From positions 1 through 64,000 of IMG/VR virus record IMGVR_UViG_3300025897_000012: a DNA stretch of 64,000 nucleotides; one strand, given 5' to 3'. The position numbers and the translations under genes were made by a program. The notes under the pieces were generated by a model. The model did not search any database, was not told the DNA's origin, and saw only the letters and a program-made list of their open reading frames with translations. The first letter of the stretch is position 1, and every line of letters begins with the position of its first letter. This stretch comes from a virus. Below are positions 8,828 to 17,954 of this stretch, one piece after another.

Positions 8828-9428
8828 ACACGTAGGAAGAATAAAAAAGAATAAAAATAAAGTAGTAGTAGCATATAGAACTATACCAGGTGATGCAAAA
8901 TCAGCAGTCGTAGTTAATACTCAAGCACTTTCAGCAGACGAACATGATTCGTTAATGATTCAAGTTGAATCACAAGCAGGTCAATCTGCTTATGAATTTG
9001 CAGAGATGATGGCTAGAGCATCATTGCCTGATGGAAGGAACATGTTAGCAGCTTTTCATAAAACAGGAAAAATGATGAAAGTAGCAGTTGAAGAAGTTGA
9101 AATGCAACCAGATCATCAAACTATAATTCCTTTAAATGAACTTAATCAAATGATTGCAGATCAAAAAGGTGTTACAATTGACGAGCTTGCACTACAACCA
9201 AACGTACCAGCTCAGTCAGAAGCTACTCCTGTTGCAAGTATGCAAACAGCAGATATTAAGGCACCACAACAAGATACAGTCTTGTCAGATGAAGACTTAG
9301 CCGCACAATATCGTAGTCAAGCAGATTCTTTATACAAAGAAGCTAAAGCACTTAGAGCTCAAGCTGAAGAACTAGTACCGACTATTAAAAAGTCTAAAGC
9401 CAAAGCAACTGCAAGTGCCGTCGGATAA
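8817..9428 (+). CDS. hypothetical phage protein with C-terminal coiled coil
   Basis: Start revised to the ATG at 8817 (MALKHVG), after AAGGAG. Confidence 0.8.
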   Translation: MALKHVGRIKKNKNKVVVAYRTIPGDAKSAVVVNTQALSADEHDSLMIQVESQAGQSAYEFAEMMARASLPDGRNMLAAFHKTGKMMKVAVEEVEMQPDHQTIIPLNELNQMIADQKGVTIDELALQPNVPAQSEATPVASMQTADIKAPQQDTVLSDEDLAAQYRSQADSLYKEAKALRAQAEELVPTIKKSKAKATASAVG

Positions 9429-9735
9429 TACAAAACTTCCAAAACACGTAATTGATATATGGCCAGATGTATTTAAGGACATAGATCTAAAAGTTGTTCC
9501 GTTAGACTACCTGCATTCTATTAGGGTAGTCTTCCAAGATGGAAAAATATGGGACATAGATATACAAAATTCTAAAGATGAAAACGGTCAACAAGTAAAC
9601 GTTAAGAAAGAACTTGAAGATATCTTTAAACAATATGAAAAAGATATTTCAAACGTAGATTTTAGGTTAGATACTGAACGTGTAAAAAGAGACATTAAGA
9701 AAAGAACTGCTCTTTTTATGAAGAAACGAAAGTAA
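9415..9735 (+). CDS. hypothetical phage protein
   Basis: 106 aa; overlaps the upstream stop. Confidence 0.75.
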   Translation: MPSDNTKLPKHVIDIWPDVFKDIDLKVVPLDYLHSIRVVFQDGKIWDIDIQNSKDENGQQVNVKKELEDIFKQYEKDISNVDFRLDTERVKRDIKKRTALFMKKRK

Positions 9736-9741
9736 AATAAA

Positions 9742-10872
9742 TTGAAAGCATTTGTTATACAACACGATAGCCCTATAGATTCTTGGTTCTATCGAGTGGT
9801 AACAAATTATACAAAGTTGAACTTTGACTATTGTATGGCTGATCGGTTTAAAGAAAATGCCGAATGGGAATTTTTTGAATCAAATACTCTAATTACATCT
9901 TGCTTACCTGGTTTTGAATTTACTATTGTAGTTAAACCTGGTACTATTTTTCCTTATTCATTCTACCAACGTAAAATTGAACCTAGACTAGGTAAGTTTC
10001 AAATTACTACTGTAGGTCCTGCTAAAGTTTATCACTCAGACATTAGTCTTCCTAAAGAAGGTATTTTAAAAGTAAAGTACCAGTTTCCTTATATAGATCC
10101 AACAAACGAAAATACATTTTCTAGTACACATGATCAAGGTATAGACATGTTACTAAAAAATTCTAACCTATCTTATGTAGTACACAACGAAATTCCTGAA
10201 CCTGTATATAATCTTAATAAACCAATTGAATGGGCAATGACTGTAAGCTCAGGATTTTACATAAATTATATATTACATGCCGGTGGGTTTAATTCAAACA
10301 CTATTGTTAATCATATAGATATTAGCAAAAGTAGTTTAGAAGTGCGTAAGTATACTATTGAAAATTGGAACGGTATTGATTATTTGCACTGGATAGATCA
10401 TCTATACGAGAAATTTCCGTTACTAAATGTTTTTAACGGTGACCAATTTAAACGAGGACACAAACCAACACATGTTGTTTTAGAACATATGTCGACAATA
10501 TGGTCAGATTCTGAATGGGTAAAGCATTGGCGGAAATATCAAACATGTACACATAATTATTATACTTGTAACTTTGCAGATACTAAAAGTTTTAAAAAAA
10601 TTCTTAGCACGTATAAAAACAATTATACAAGTGTATTTTGGTACAATGGTGCATTAAAACGTATGCCTGCAAATATTAATAAGACTAGCGAACAAAGTCA
10701 TAGTCATGCAAAGACATTTATGCAACAAGTAGTAGATTATAATCCTAATACACTAGTATACGGCTCAGATCATTGTTGTGCAAAATATAACGGTATTAGT
10801 GCTTTAGATGCATTAACCAGTATGAAGGAAGATTCAAGATTAAACTTATGGAGAACTTATAGTGGAACATAG
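9742..10872 (+). CDS. hypothetical protein (enzyme-sized, function not recognised)
   Basis: 376-aa ORF; TTG start. Confidence 0.75.
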   Translation: MKAFVIQHDSPIDSWFYRVVTNYTKLNFDYCMADRFKENAEWEFFESNTLITSCLPGFEFTIVVKPGTIFPYSFYQRKIEPRLGKFQITTVGPAKVYHSDISLPKEGILKVKYQFPYIDPTNENTFSSTHDQGIDMLLKNSNLSYVVHNEIPEPVYNLNKPIEWAMTVSSGFYINYILHAGGFNSNTIVNHIDISKSSLEVRKYTIENWNGIDYLHWIDHLYEKFPLLNVFNGDQFKRGHKPTHVVLEHMSTIWSDSEWVKHWRKYQTCTHNYYTCNFADTKSFKKILSTYKNNYTSVFWYNGALKRMPANINKTSEQSHSHAKTFMQQVVDYNPNTLVYGSDHCCAKYNGISALDALTSMKEDSRLNLWRTYSGT

Positions 10873-11096
10873 AGGAATATCACAAGGAGATCACCATAGA
10901 GTCTTACACGAAATAAAATTAGATAGACAAGCATTAATAGACTTTTATCATATGTTTCCTAAAGAAACTCATTTACCTTGGAATGAATTTAAATTAAAGT
11001 ACAATTCCTAGGGTTTTATTACGTATTAGAAGTGGTGACGAAACATTTAATGATATTATACATAAGATTGATCAAGGAACCTTTTTTAACTTATAA
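10862..11096 (+). pseudogene. internally deleted paralog of the 3392..4015 oxygenase
   Basis: 10862-11011 encodes ...HHRVLHEIKLDRQALIDFYHMFPKETHLPWNEFK (cf. HHCIIDEISYNKQELIDLFNRIPKECELPWNQYK). 11010-11096 in the +1 frame encodes RVLLRIRSGDETFNDIIHKIDQGTFFNL* (cf. RVMFRIKVVNELYNDMINRYEKGEFINV*). Confidence 0.8.
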
Positions 11097-11105
11097 ATAC
11101 ATATA

Positions 11106-11128
11106 GGAGCAAATTAACTGCTCTTTTT
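11106..11128 (+). terminator. weak intrinsic terminator
   Basis: GGAGCA/TGCTCT stem followed by a T run. Confidence 0.45.
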
Positions 11129-11163
11129 ACAAACAAAAGAAGATAAGTATTATTGCAATATGG

Positions 11164-11171
11164 CATAAATA
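11164..11171 (+). promoter_or_regulatory. late-promoter-like motif CATAAATA
   Basis: 33 nt upstream of the fibre-gene ATG; an exact TATAAATA is also present at 11092-11099. Confidence 0.55.
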
Positions 11172-11204
11172 CATGTAAGAAACTATATTTCAGGAGTTCT
11201 ATAA

Positions 11205-12602
11205 ATGGCTTTAAGACTTAGACGTGGTACCGATGCTGAAAGACTGCTAGTAACCCCAATAGAGGGTGAGTTAGTATATACCACAGATACAAAAAAGATC
11301 TATGCAGGTGACGGATCGACTATTGGTGGCACAGAAATTGCTGGTTTAAATAGTGTAGTAGCAGATACATCACCGCAACTAGGTGGTAACCTAGACATTA
11401 ACGGTAAGAATATTACAGGTACAGGTAATATAACAATAGACGGAACTATAACTGCTCCGCAATTTGAAGGTAATATTTTAGCAGACGATAGCACATTAGT
11501 TTTTAATAGTGCTACACAAAGTTTAGCAATTACAAATTTAGATATTTCAGGTGATATAGACTTAACAGAATCTACTAATAAATTAGATGTATATTCAAAC
11601 CACGCAAGTACATCAAGTAGTATAGTTTTAAACAGATCAAAAGGGACTAAAGCCAGCCCAACTGCTCTTATAGATAATGACAATATTTTTAGTGTTAACT
11701 TTGTAGGTCATGACGGATCAAACTATGTTGGCGGTTCTAGCATTGTATCAGATGTTGACGGTACTGTATCGTCTGGAATAGTACCAAGTGATTTATCATT
11801 CAAAGTAACAGCTAGTTCTGGTTCACAAACTACACCTTTAACTATAAGTTCATCTGGATTAGCAACATTTAGTGTAAATGATGTTTATATAGAAAAAACT
11901 TTAAGATTAGACAGTTATGGTAATTCATCAAATGCTCGCGGAATAGAAAGATATAGATCAAGAGGAACTTTAGCTAGTCCATTAGCTAACAATCAAAATG
12001 ATAGTGTTTATGAAGATAGATATTATGGATATGAAGGATCAGCTTATAAACTTGTTGTAAGAACACAGGCAATGGTAGGCGCTTCATCTATATCATCAGG
12101 TATAATGAGTGGTAGATATCGTATACGTGTAGCAGATACAGCAGGTGTTGAACAAACTATGCTTGACATTAGAGGTGTTGATAATAGAGTACGTGTATAT
12201 AGCGATTTTAATGTTCCTCAGACTAGATCTACATTTGGTGATATTGAACTATTTCAAAATAGAATTACTGCTACGGCTTCAAACCAAGATTTAGAAATTG
12301 CAACTTCAGGTACAGGTGATGTAGTTGTGTCAGGCGGACTTAGAGCAGATGGAATTAAGCTAGAAGGAAACACTCTTAAAACAGTTGACTCAAACGCTCC
12401 GTTAGAACTTTCAGCTTCAGGTACAGGAATTGTATCAGCAACTAACTTAACTGCTATTAATTATATGCAATTAGCAACGTATGCTAACAATGCCGCAAGA
12501 GATTCAGCTATTGCTAGTCCAAATGCAGGTATGATAATATTTAATACAACAGGCACTAAATTCCAAGGATATACTGGTGCATCTTGGGTTGATCTTAATT
12601 AA
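11205..12602 (+). CDS. tail fibre / virion appendage protein with Mtd-N-like N-terminus
   Basis: LRLRRGT...EGELVYTTDTKKIYAGDG; DTSPQLGGNLDING; G/S/T-rich internal repeats; C-terminal GMIIFNTTGTKFQGY...W. Confidence 0.75.
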   Translation: MALRLRRGTDAERLLVTPIEGELVYTTDTKKIYAGDGSTIGGTEIAGLNSVVADTSPQLGGNLDINGKNITGTGNITIDGTITAPQFEGNILADDSTLVFNSATQSLAITNLDISGDIDLTESTNKLDVYSNHASTSSSIVLNRSKGTKASPTALIDNDNIFSVNFVGHDGSNYVGGSSIVSDVDGTVSSGIVPSDLSFKVTASSGSQTTPLTISSSGLATFSVNDVYIEKTLRLDSYGNSSNARGIERYRSRGTLASPLANNQNDSVYEDRYYGYEGSAYKLVVRTQAMVGASSISSGIMSGRYRIRVADTAGVEQTMLDIRGVDNRVRVYSDFNVPQTRSTFGDIELFQNRITATASNQDLEIATSGTGDVVVSGGLRADGIKLEGNTLKTVDSNAPLELSASGTGIVSATNLTAINYMQLATYANNAARDSAIASPNAGMIIFNTTGTKFQGYTGASWVDLN

Positions 12603-12609
12603 TTAATCA

Positions 12610-12638
12610 TTGACATTTTGTATTATTCGTAGTATAAT
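12610..12638 (+). promoter_or_regulatory. consensus sigma70 promoter, probably leaderless
   Basis: TTGACA, 17 nt, TATAAT; ATG only 5 nt downstream. Confidence 0.85.
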
Positions 12639-12643
12639 AAACT

Positions 12644-13300
12644 ATGAATAATTCTAATCCTATTATTGTAATTAATGCTAACATGGGTTCGAAAGGACAT
12701 CAGATTGGTAGACTAATTGCAAGTTGCTCAAATGTACGTTGGTATGACCATAAATGGAATGGTCCAACTCCTTGGGAACCTTGTAGTCATATATTAAACC
12801 ACGAACATAGTAAGTTTCACTTTGATCGAAGATTTAGTGACGAAAGTACTTTACCTCCTGTACTAGATTTCGCTGAACGAAGTAATCACATAGATCAAAA
12901 TATTCCATACGAAAAATTAAATAAAAATGAAAATTTTTTATACGTTACGCACAGTAAATTGGATGAAGCACGTAGCTACTTTAATGGTAAACATTTGGTA
13001 GTTTTTGATAAAGATATAAAGAGATTTTTTGAAACATCTTGGAACTTTAAAGTAGGTAAAACAAAGACAGCTATTAGCGAACTATATACTGTAAAGCAGG
13101 CAAAAACAATGCTAAAAGGCGTCTTAGACAGCTATACAGCCCATATAAGCAACAAAGACTTTGCTATACATAGTGTAGACGATTTATTGCATAAAGACAT
13201 GTTTAAGATGCTTTGTAGCAAGTTTAATTTAGAATTTAACGAGATAGAGTATAATAAGGTATGTAAATTTATAAATGATAATAGTACCAATAACAGATAA
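12644..13300 (+). CDS. sulfotransferase-fold / P-loop-like hypothetical protein
   Basis: N-terminal IVINANMGSKGHQIGRLI loop-helix and YVTH; weak resemblance only. Confidence 0.45.
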   Translation: MNNSNPIIVINANMGSKGHQIGRLIASCSNVRWYDHKWNGPTPWEPCSHILNHEHSKFHFDRRFSDESTLPPVLDFAERSNHIDQNIPYEKLNKNENFLYVTHSKLDEARSYFNGKHLVVFDKDIKRFFETSWNFKVGKTKTAISELYTVKQAKTMLKGVLDSYTAHISNKDFAIHSVDDLLHKDMFKMLCSKFNLEFNEIEYNKVCKFINDNSTNNR

Positions 13301-13829
13301 TTTAAAACCAAAACTTAGATCTTTTTGCCAAAAAGCAAAAGAACTAGGATATCAAAATAATTCTAGTTTGGAGGCAATGAAGTTTGATTGGTGTCACGAA
13401 CTTGGTAAGTGGTTCTGTGCAATAGAAGATGACAATATAGTTGCTGTTGCAGGATGTCATCCTTTACCAGAAGTAAGTCCAAATGCTTGGCGTATATTAT
13501 TTAGAGGGTGCGAGCTTCCTAACAAAAAGTCATACAAAGGACTTAGCAAATATAACTGGTTTAGTGTAACTTGGAGAGAATTTATTCCATATTTTATAGA
13601 ATGGTGTCCTAGTAAAGAGCTATATATTACTACTAATATAGACAATGAACATTCGAACGGAAAGGTAGCTCGTAATCATAAATTAATGGGATTGCTTGCT
13701 AAACAAAATATATTAAACAAACACAGAGACATGGTATTATATTATACTGATCAAACTGTATGGAAATTAAATATCAGCGAATATAATCGCCGAAGGAAGG
13801 AACTAGATGAAGTGGGACATAGACTTTAA
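13275..13829 (+). CDS. GNAT-like acyltransferase
   Basis: WFCAIEDDNIVAVAGCH...WRILFRGC and LYITTN topology typical of GNAT. Confidence 0.55.
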   Translation: MIIVPITDNLKPKLRSFCQKAKELGYQNNSSLEAMKFDWCHELGKWFCAIEDDNIVAVAGCHPLPEVSPNAWRILFRGCELPNKKSYKGLSKYNWFSVTWREFIPYFIEWCPSKELYITTNIDNEHSNGKVARNHKLMGLLAKQNILNKHRDMVLYYTDQTVWKLNISEYNRRRKELDEVGHRL

Positions 13830-14034
13830 TCATTTATCTAAAGTTAAATCAAGTTATTTTAAACACTTGTACTACGCAACAAAATTTAATTTTGTTAGTT
13901 TATTAATTTTTATAACAGGAACAATACATAGTATATTTCCTTTTGTATTTGCTTATACACCATATAAACTTGCAAAATATATAGTTGACGAAACGGAAAA
14001 ACATCTTGGAAAACCTAAAAACATATCTAAGTAA
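13807..14034 (+). CDS. small membrane protein, DUF6356-like
   Basis: HL..V..SYFKH...IHSIFPFVF; paralog at 23725. Confidence 0.65.
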   Translation: MKWDIDFNHLSKVKSSYFKHLYYATKFNFVSLLIFITGTIHSIFPFVFAYTPYKLAKYIVDETEKHLGKPKNISK

Positions 14035-14731
14035 AGGAGTCTATGTAAAGTCTAGTGGAACTACTGGAACTCCTAAGAATATATTTAGAACTCCAGAAAA
14101 TTTAAAACATTGTAATCGTATAGCAGTAGACTCACAAAAAATTACAAAAGATTCAAATATCTATACAGTATGTAAAATGGATCATGCCGGAGGTATGTTA
14201 GCACAAACTTTGCCTGCTGTAAGTGTTGGTGCGAATGTAACAGTAGAAGATTTTAATCCTAAAAGGTTTATGTCTGAAATACACAAATATACACATACAC
14301 ATTTAACTCCAAGACAAGCAATTATTATTAAAAATACAAAAGATTTTACAAAAATAGATTTAACAGGTATTTGGATTACATGCGGTAGCGATATTGTATC
14401 GTATGAATTAATAAAGTCGTACGTAAAACAAGGTGCAACATTTATGACAAATTGGGGTATGAGCGAAATAGGCCCTTGTGCAATCAATACAGTATTTAAT
14501 AATTTAGAATATGTAGAAAGACATCAAGAGTGGGCCCCTAAAGGATTGCCTATGTTAGGTGAAAATATATATTGTAATTATCAAATTGACTATTTAACAA
14601 ACGAGTTACTTGTTAAAGGTGATATGTGTATATACGATGATTGGTTTAATACTGGTGACTTAGTAGAATTAAAGTATAAAGTTCCTCCATTGGGATATTT
14701 TGCAGTACTATACTATGCTGGAAGATTATAA
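13985..14731 (+). CDS. truncated ANL-family adenylate-forming enzyme (AMP-binding)
   Basis: SSGTTGTPK (A3), NWGMSE (A5), ELLVKG (A6), WFNTGDL (A7), YAGR (A8 start). Lacks the C-terminal subdomain. Confidence 0.85.
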   Translation: MTKRKNILENLKTYLSKGVYVKSSGTTGTPKNIFRTPENLKHCNRIAVDSQKITKDSNIYTVCKMDHAGGMLAQTLPAVSVGANVTVEDFNPKRFMSEIHKYTHTHLTPRQAIIIKNTKDFTKIDLTGIWITCGSDIVSYELIKSYVKQGATFMTNWGMSEIGPCAINTVFNNLEYVERHQEWAPKGLPMLGENIYCNYQIDYLTNELLVKGDMCIYDDWFNTGDLVELKYKVPPLGYFAVLYYAGRL

Positions 14732-15460
14732 AATTCCTGTTAATACTTTTTGGACTGACTGAGTTAAAGCTAGACGATAATCGTTGCTTTCTGAATTATG
14801 GTAATGTGATAATACTTCTGTTAATTTATCATCTCTTTCACAAAATTCTTTATAATCAATTATTTCATTAGGTAGATCTAAAGCTGAAAACATTTCTTCA
14901 ATTGTATGCTTTTCTCTGTTTGGAAAAAACTTTGTTATACAAGAATTTTCTTCTGCTATCTGTTTACGCATACGGTCATCGTCTTTATACCAAAAGTAAT
15001 GAGGGTATGAAATGTCCCAGCCGCCACATACATGCCACCATTCAAAACAGCTTTCATTACTCCGCTGTACACCTATAAACTTAGCATCTGGAAACATTTC
15101 TCTAAGAAAAGGAAGATGATAAGCAAACCAATGACTCTTAATTATTTTTTTACCAGGCTCCCAATTTTTAAATGGTTTTTTAAATTCTTCTACAATTTCT
15201 TCTTTAGTCAATGTATCTATTACATCAAACTTGCCGCCAAATTCATGATCAGGCCCCCAATACGCTCCTCTGTGCCATCCTCGAGCTGCTAATTTTCCTG
15301 TATTAGGATTGACTGCTATATGGTCATATATCCTATCAGTAGTTTCGTCAGATATATTAATATTAATGTTAGATGTTATCATACGCAATGTTCCGCTCCA
15401 TCTACTTCCAGGAGGGCCTGTTGCTATAATTAAATCTTTACCAGTATACTCTTCATACAT
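14726..15460 (-). CDS. sulfotransferase-fold protein
   Basis: IATGPPGSRWS, IIKSH, FPDAKFIGVQR; paralog of 17223..17930. Confidence 0.6.
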   Translation of the reverse strand: MYEEYTGKDLIIATGPPGSRWSGTLRMITSNININISDETTDRIYDHIAVNPNTGKLAARGWHRGAYWGPDHEFGGKFDVIDTLTKEEIVEEFKKPFKNWEPGKKIIKSHWFAYHLPFLREMFPDAKFIGVQRSNESCFEWWHVCGGWDISYPHYFWYKDDDRMRKQIAEENSCITKFFPNREKHTIEEMFSALDLPNEIIDYKEFCERDDKLTEVLSHYHNSESNDYRLALTQSVQKVLTGIL

Positions 15461-16253
15461 TTTCTATTCCTTGTAATATCTTATCAGCCATTATTTTATG
15501 TGATTCTGGTCCTGGATGAAATCCGTCTCTTGCTAGGTCTACTACTGTTTCCTTTGCACCAAACGATATTTTTTTTATATTATCTAAATTTGGAACACTT
15601 GTTTTCCAAGCTCGCCTTTCACAATATGCTAGTATTAGTTTTGCGTTTGGAAACAGTCCTTTTAAAAAATAATCAAATAACTTTAAACAATCTATATCCG
15701 CTTGTTTAAAATATTTAACATAACCATCTTGTGCTTCTAATTTTCTCATTTTATATATTTCACGTAACCCCCACCCGTAACTTCCAAAAAATCGTGTGTC
15801 ATTTAAAATTATATAATCAGGTTTAAATTTTTTGTACTCAGTTAAAGGATCAACTAAATCAGTTAACGTATCTGCAGGGCTAATATTTAAATAAGAAGCA
15901 TTTAATTTTTTTGCTACAATATAAGGAAAACTATCCTCAACGTTAATACCTGTTCCTAACAACAAACTTCCGCCGGCGAATATTATTTTTGTACTAGCAG
16001 TATAGTCTATTTCTGGACCTCTTAATCCTAAGCTATTCCAAATATACTTTATATCACTCTTAGGTAATTCAGTTTGTACAATATGATGAGTAAAAGGATC
16101 TCTGCCATTACCACCAACTAAAGGCTTACTATTTTCTTTACTATCTTTACCGTGCCATAAATCTATTGTATTAGGAGTATTAAACAATTTTTTATGAAAT
16201 TTAGGTTTCTGCGTAGTAGTTGGATTTGTTAAAGGAGCAATAATCTCAGACAT
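15453..16253 (-). CDS. SGNH/GDSL hydrolase-like protein
   Basis: NSLGLRG, FAGGS(L) block I, ARDGFHPG (DxxH). Confidence 0.65.
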   Translation of the reverse strand: MSEIIAPLTNPTTTQKPKFHKKLFNTPNTIDLWHGKDSKENSKPLVGGNGRDPFTHHIVQTELPKSDIKYIWNSLGLRGPEIDYTASTKIIFAGGSLLLGTGINVEDSFPYIVAKKLNASYLNISPADTLTDLVDPLTEYKKFKPDYIILNDTRFFGSYGWGLREIYKMRKLEAQDGYVKYFKQADIDCLKLFDYFLKGLFPNAKLILAYCERRAWKTSVPNLDNIKKISFGAKETVVDLARDGFHPGPESHKIMADKILQGIENV

Positions 16254-17214
16254 TTATAATATGGTCCTTTGTACCATTGTTCATTAAATCTGTAAACTTG
16301 TCATTTATAAATCCTGTAGCTTGTAACGTAATACGTGGCGTATAACCCATATTAGATGCAGCATGAGGCATATTACACCAGTCATATACTACACATTCTC
16401 CTGCGTCATACCCTTGGTAATATGTATTTCCAAACTGCCATACATGACCGTAGTCCCACGGAGTTAAAGCTATTAGTATTCTACGTAACATTAAAGGATT
16501 CTTATCTGCGCCAGCATTGGTCCATCTTTCTCTCCATTCTGGCCTAGCATATCTCATCTGCTGATCAATATGAAAAGGTGTAACTTCTCCTAATCTTTGT
16601 ATATGAACTCTTGATTGATGTACATCATACATTCCAATTTCTTCAAGCATTCTAAAAAATACAGCAGTATCAGGATGTGTATCTCTCTTTTCAATATTAG
16701 CAATTTGATGGTGGTACATACAAGATACATCATCTTTTCCGGATGCACGTTGTATGTCCATTAGCTCACCATCATGTAAATCTTTATCTTGTTGACTTGA
16801 ATTGCGAGGTCTATAATTTCCTATTGTATGCTCTTTACATTTTCTAAGAGCTCGTTGCACTCCTGCCTCCCAGTCGCCTTTAAATTTACACATTACTGTA
16901 AAAGTCTTTTCTTGCGGGTCAGCTTTTGGGTCAAAATGCCAAGTTGATCTTAATTTATTATGATACCATCTACTAGGTATACCATCAACTGTATATACGT
17001 TCATATTTGATTTTTTATGACGTTCTAATTGTTCGTTTGAGTGAATTTCATCTTGATAATTGCTATCAGTAATGTTTACGCCTTCCTCCAATGGAGGAAC
17101 TGTATCTGGAATTAGATCTTTTACTAAGTCTCCTGAATAATAATTTACATTCTTATCATCGCCTTCAACAGATTTCTTAAGATTTTTATTTGCTTCGTTT
17201 GCGTAATTTTTCAT
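16246..17214 (-). CDS. 2OG-Fe(II) oxygenase, Asp/Asn beta-hydroxylase-like
   Basis: TPFHID...W.NMPHAASN...PRITLQ; paralog of 21336..22052. Confidence 0.7.
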   Translation of the reverse strand: MKNYANEANKNLKKSVEGDDKNVNYYSGDLVKDLIPDTVPPLEEGVNITDSNYQDEIHSNEQLERHKKSNMNVYTVDGIPSRWYHNKLRSTWHFDPKADPQEKTFTVMCKFKGDWEAGVQRALRKCKEHTIGNYRPRNSSQQDKDLHDGELMDIQRASGKDDVSCMYHHQIANIEKRDTHPDTAVFFRMLEEIGMYDVHQSRVHIQRLGEVTPFHIDQQMRYARPEWRERWTNAGADKNPLMLRRILIALTPWDYGHVWQFGNTYYQGYDAGECVVYDWCNMPHAASNMGYTPRITLQATGFINDKFTDLMNNGTKDHIINV

Positions 17215-17222
17215 TATTGATC

Positions 17223-17930
17223 CTAAAAGTTATATTCACAAATATTAATATCAAGTACGTATCTTCCGTTAAAATTATTAACCTCTTTTGGTTGACTCTT
17301 TTCTAAAGAAGAAATGTAGAAATCTAAAAAGTCGTATTCTTCTTTAGACTCTAGTCCCCAACGATCTTTAAAATAATGCCTATCACAGACACTTAGTTTT
17401 AATCTATTATCGCCTACAAAGTTATTTGCTGCTGCTACTTCTTCATGTATTTTTTCTTTAAGTAAATCGTAATTTTTATAATATGTATGGTAATCAGGGT
17501 AATCTATAGATTCAAAGCCGCCTGCACCTTTCCATCCTCTAAAATTTTTAACTTCTGTTCGTAACACTAAAAATATTTTTGCTAATGGAAAAGTTTCTCT
17601 AATATAATCGAGTTGCAAACTAAAATGATGACTTTTAACAATCCTATACTTATCCCAAGATTTATCAGTATAAGCAGCATCTATTTCTGAAATTATTTCT
17701 TCTTTAGACAACGTATCTAATTGATCAAACTTCTTACCATGCTCGTTACCTGGACCCCAGTACGCTCCTAAATGTTGTACAGGTGATCTTGTGTGTGTAT
17801 AAACTCTATCATCCCTATGATCAGATATGTTAATAGGCATTATTTCATTTTTTGAAATAACATTAGATACTGCACTCCATTTACTTCCTGGGGCGCCTGT
17901 AAAGAATATCAGTTTACTTTCGTCGTACAT
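17223..17930 (-). CDS. sulfotransferase-fold protein
   Basis: FFTGAPGSKWS, GAYWGP, IVKSH, FPLAKIFLVLR. Confidence 0.6.
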   Translation of the reverse strand: MYDESKLIFFTGAPGSKWSAVSNVISKNEIMPINISDHRDDRVYTHTRSPVQHLGAYWGPGNEHGKKFDQLDTLSKEEIISEIDAAYTDKSWDKYRIVKSHHFSLQLDYIRETFPLAKIFLVLRTEVKNFRGWKGAGGFESIDYPDYHTYYKNYDLLKEKIHEEVAAANNFVGDNRLKLSVCDRHYFKDRWGLESKEEYDFLDFYISSLEKSQPKEVNNFNGRYVLDINICEYNF

Positions 17931-17954
17931 TAATTTTTTTTCCTATACTAATAT

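Noticed and set aside
11205-12602. Diversity-generating retroelement target, suggested by the Mtd-like N-terminus
   Set aside because: No reverse transcriptase or template/variable repeat pair is visible in the window.
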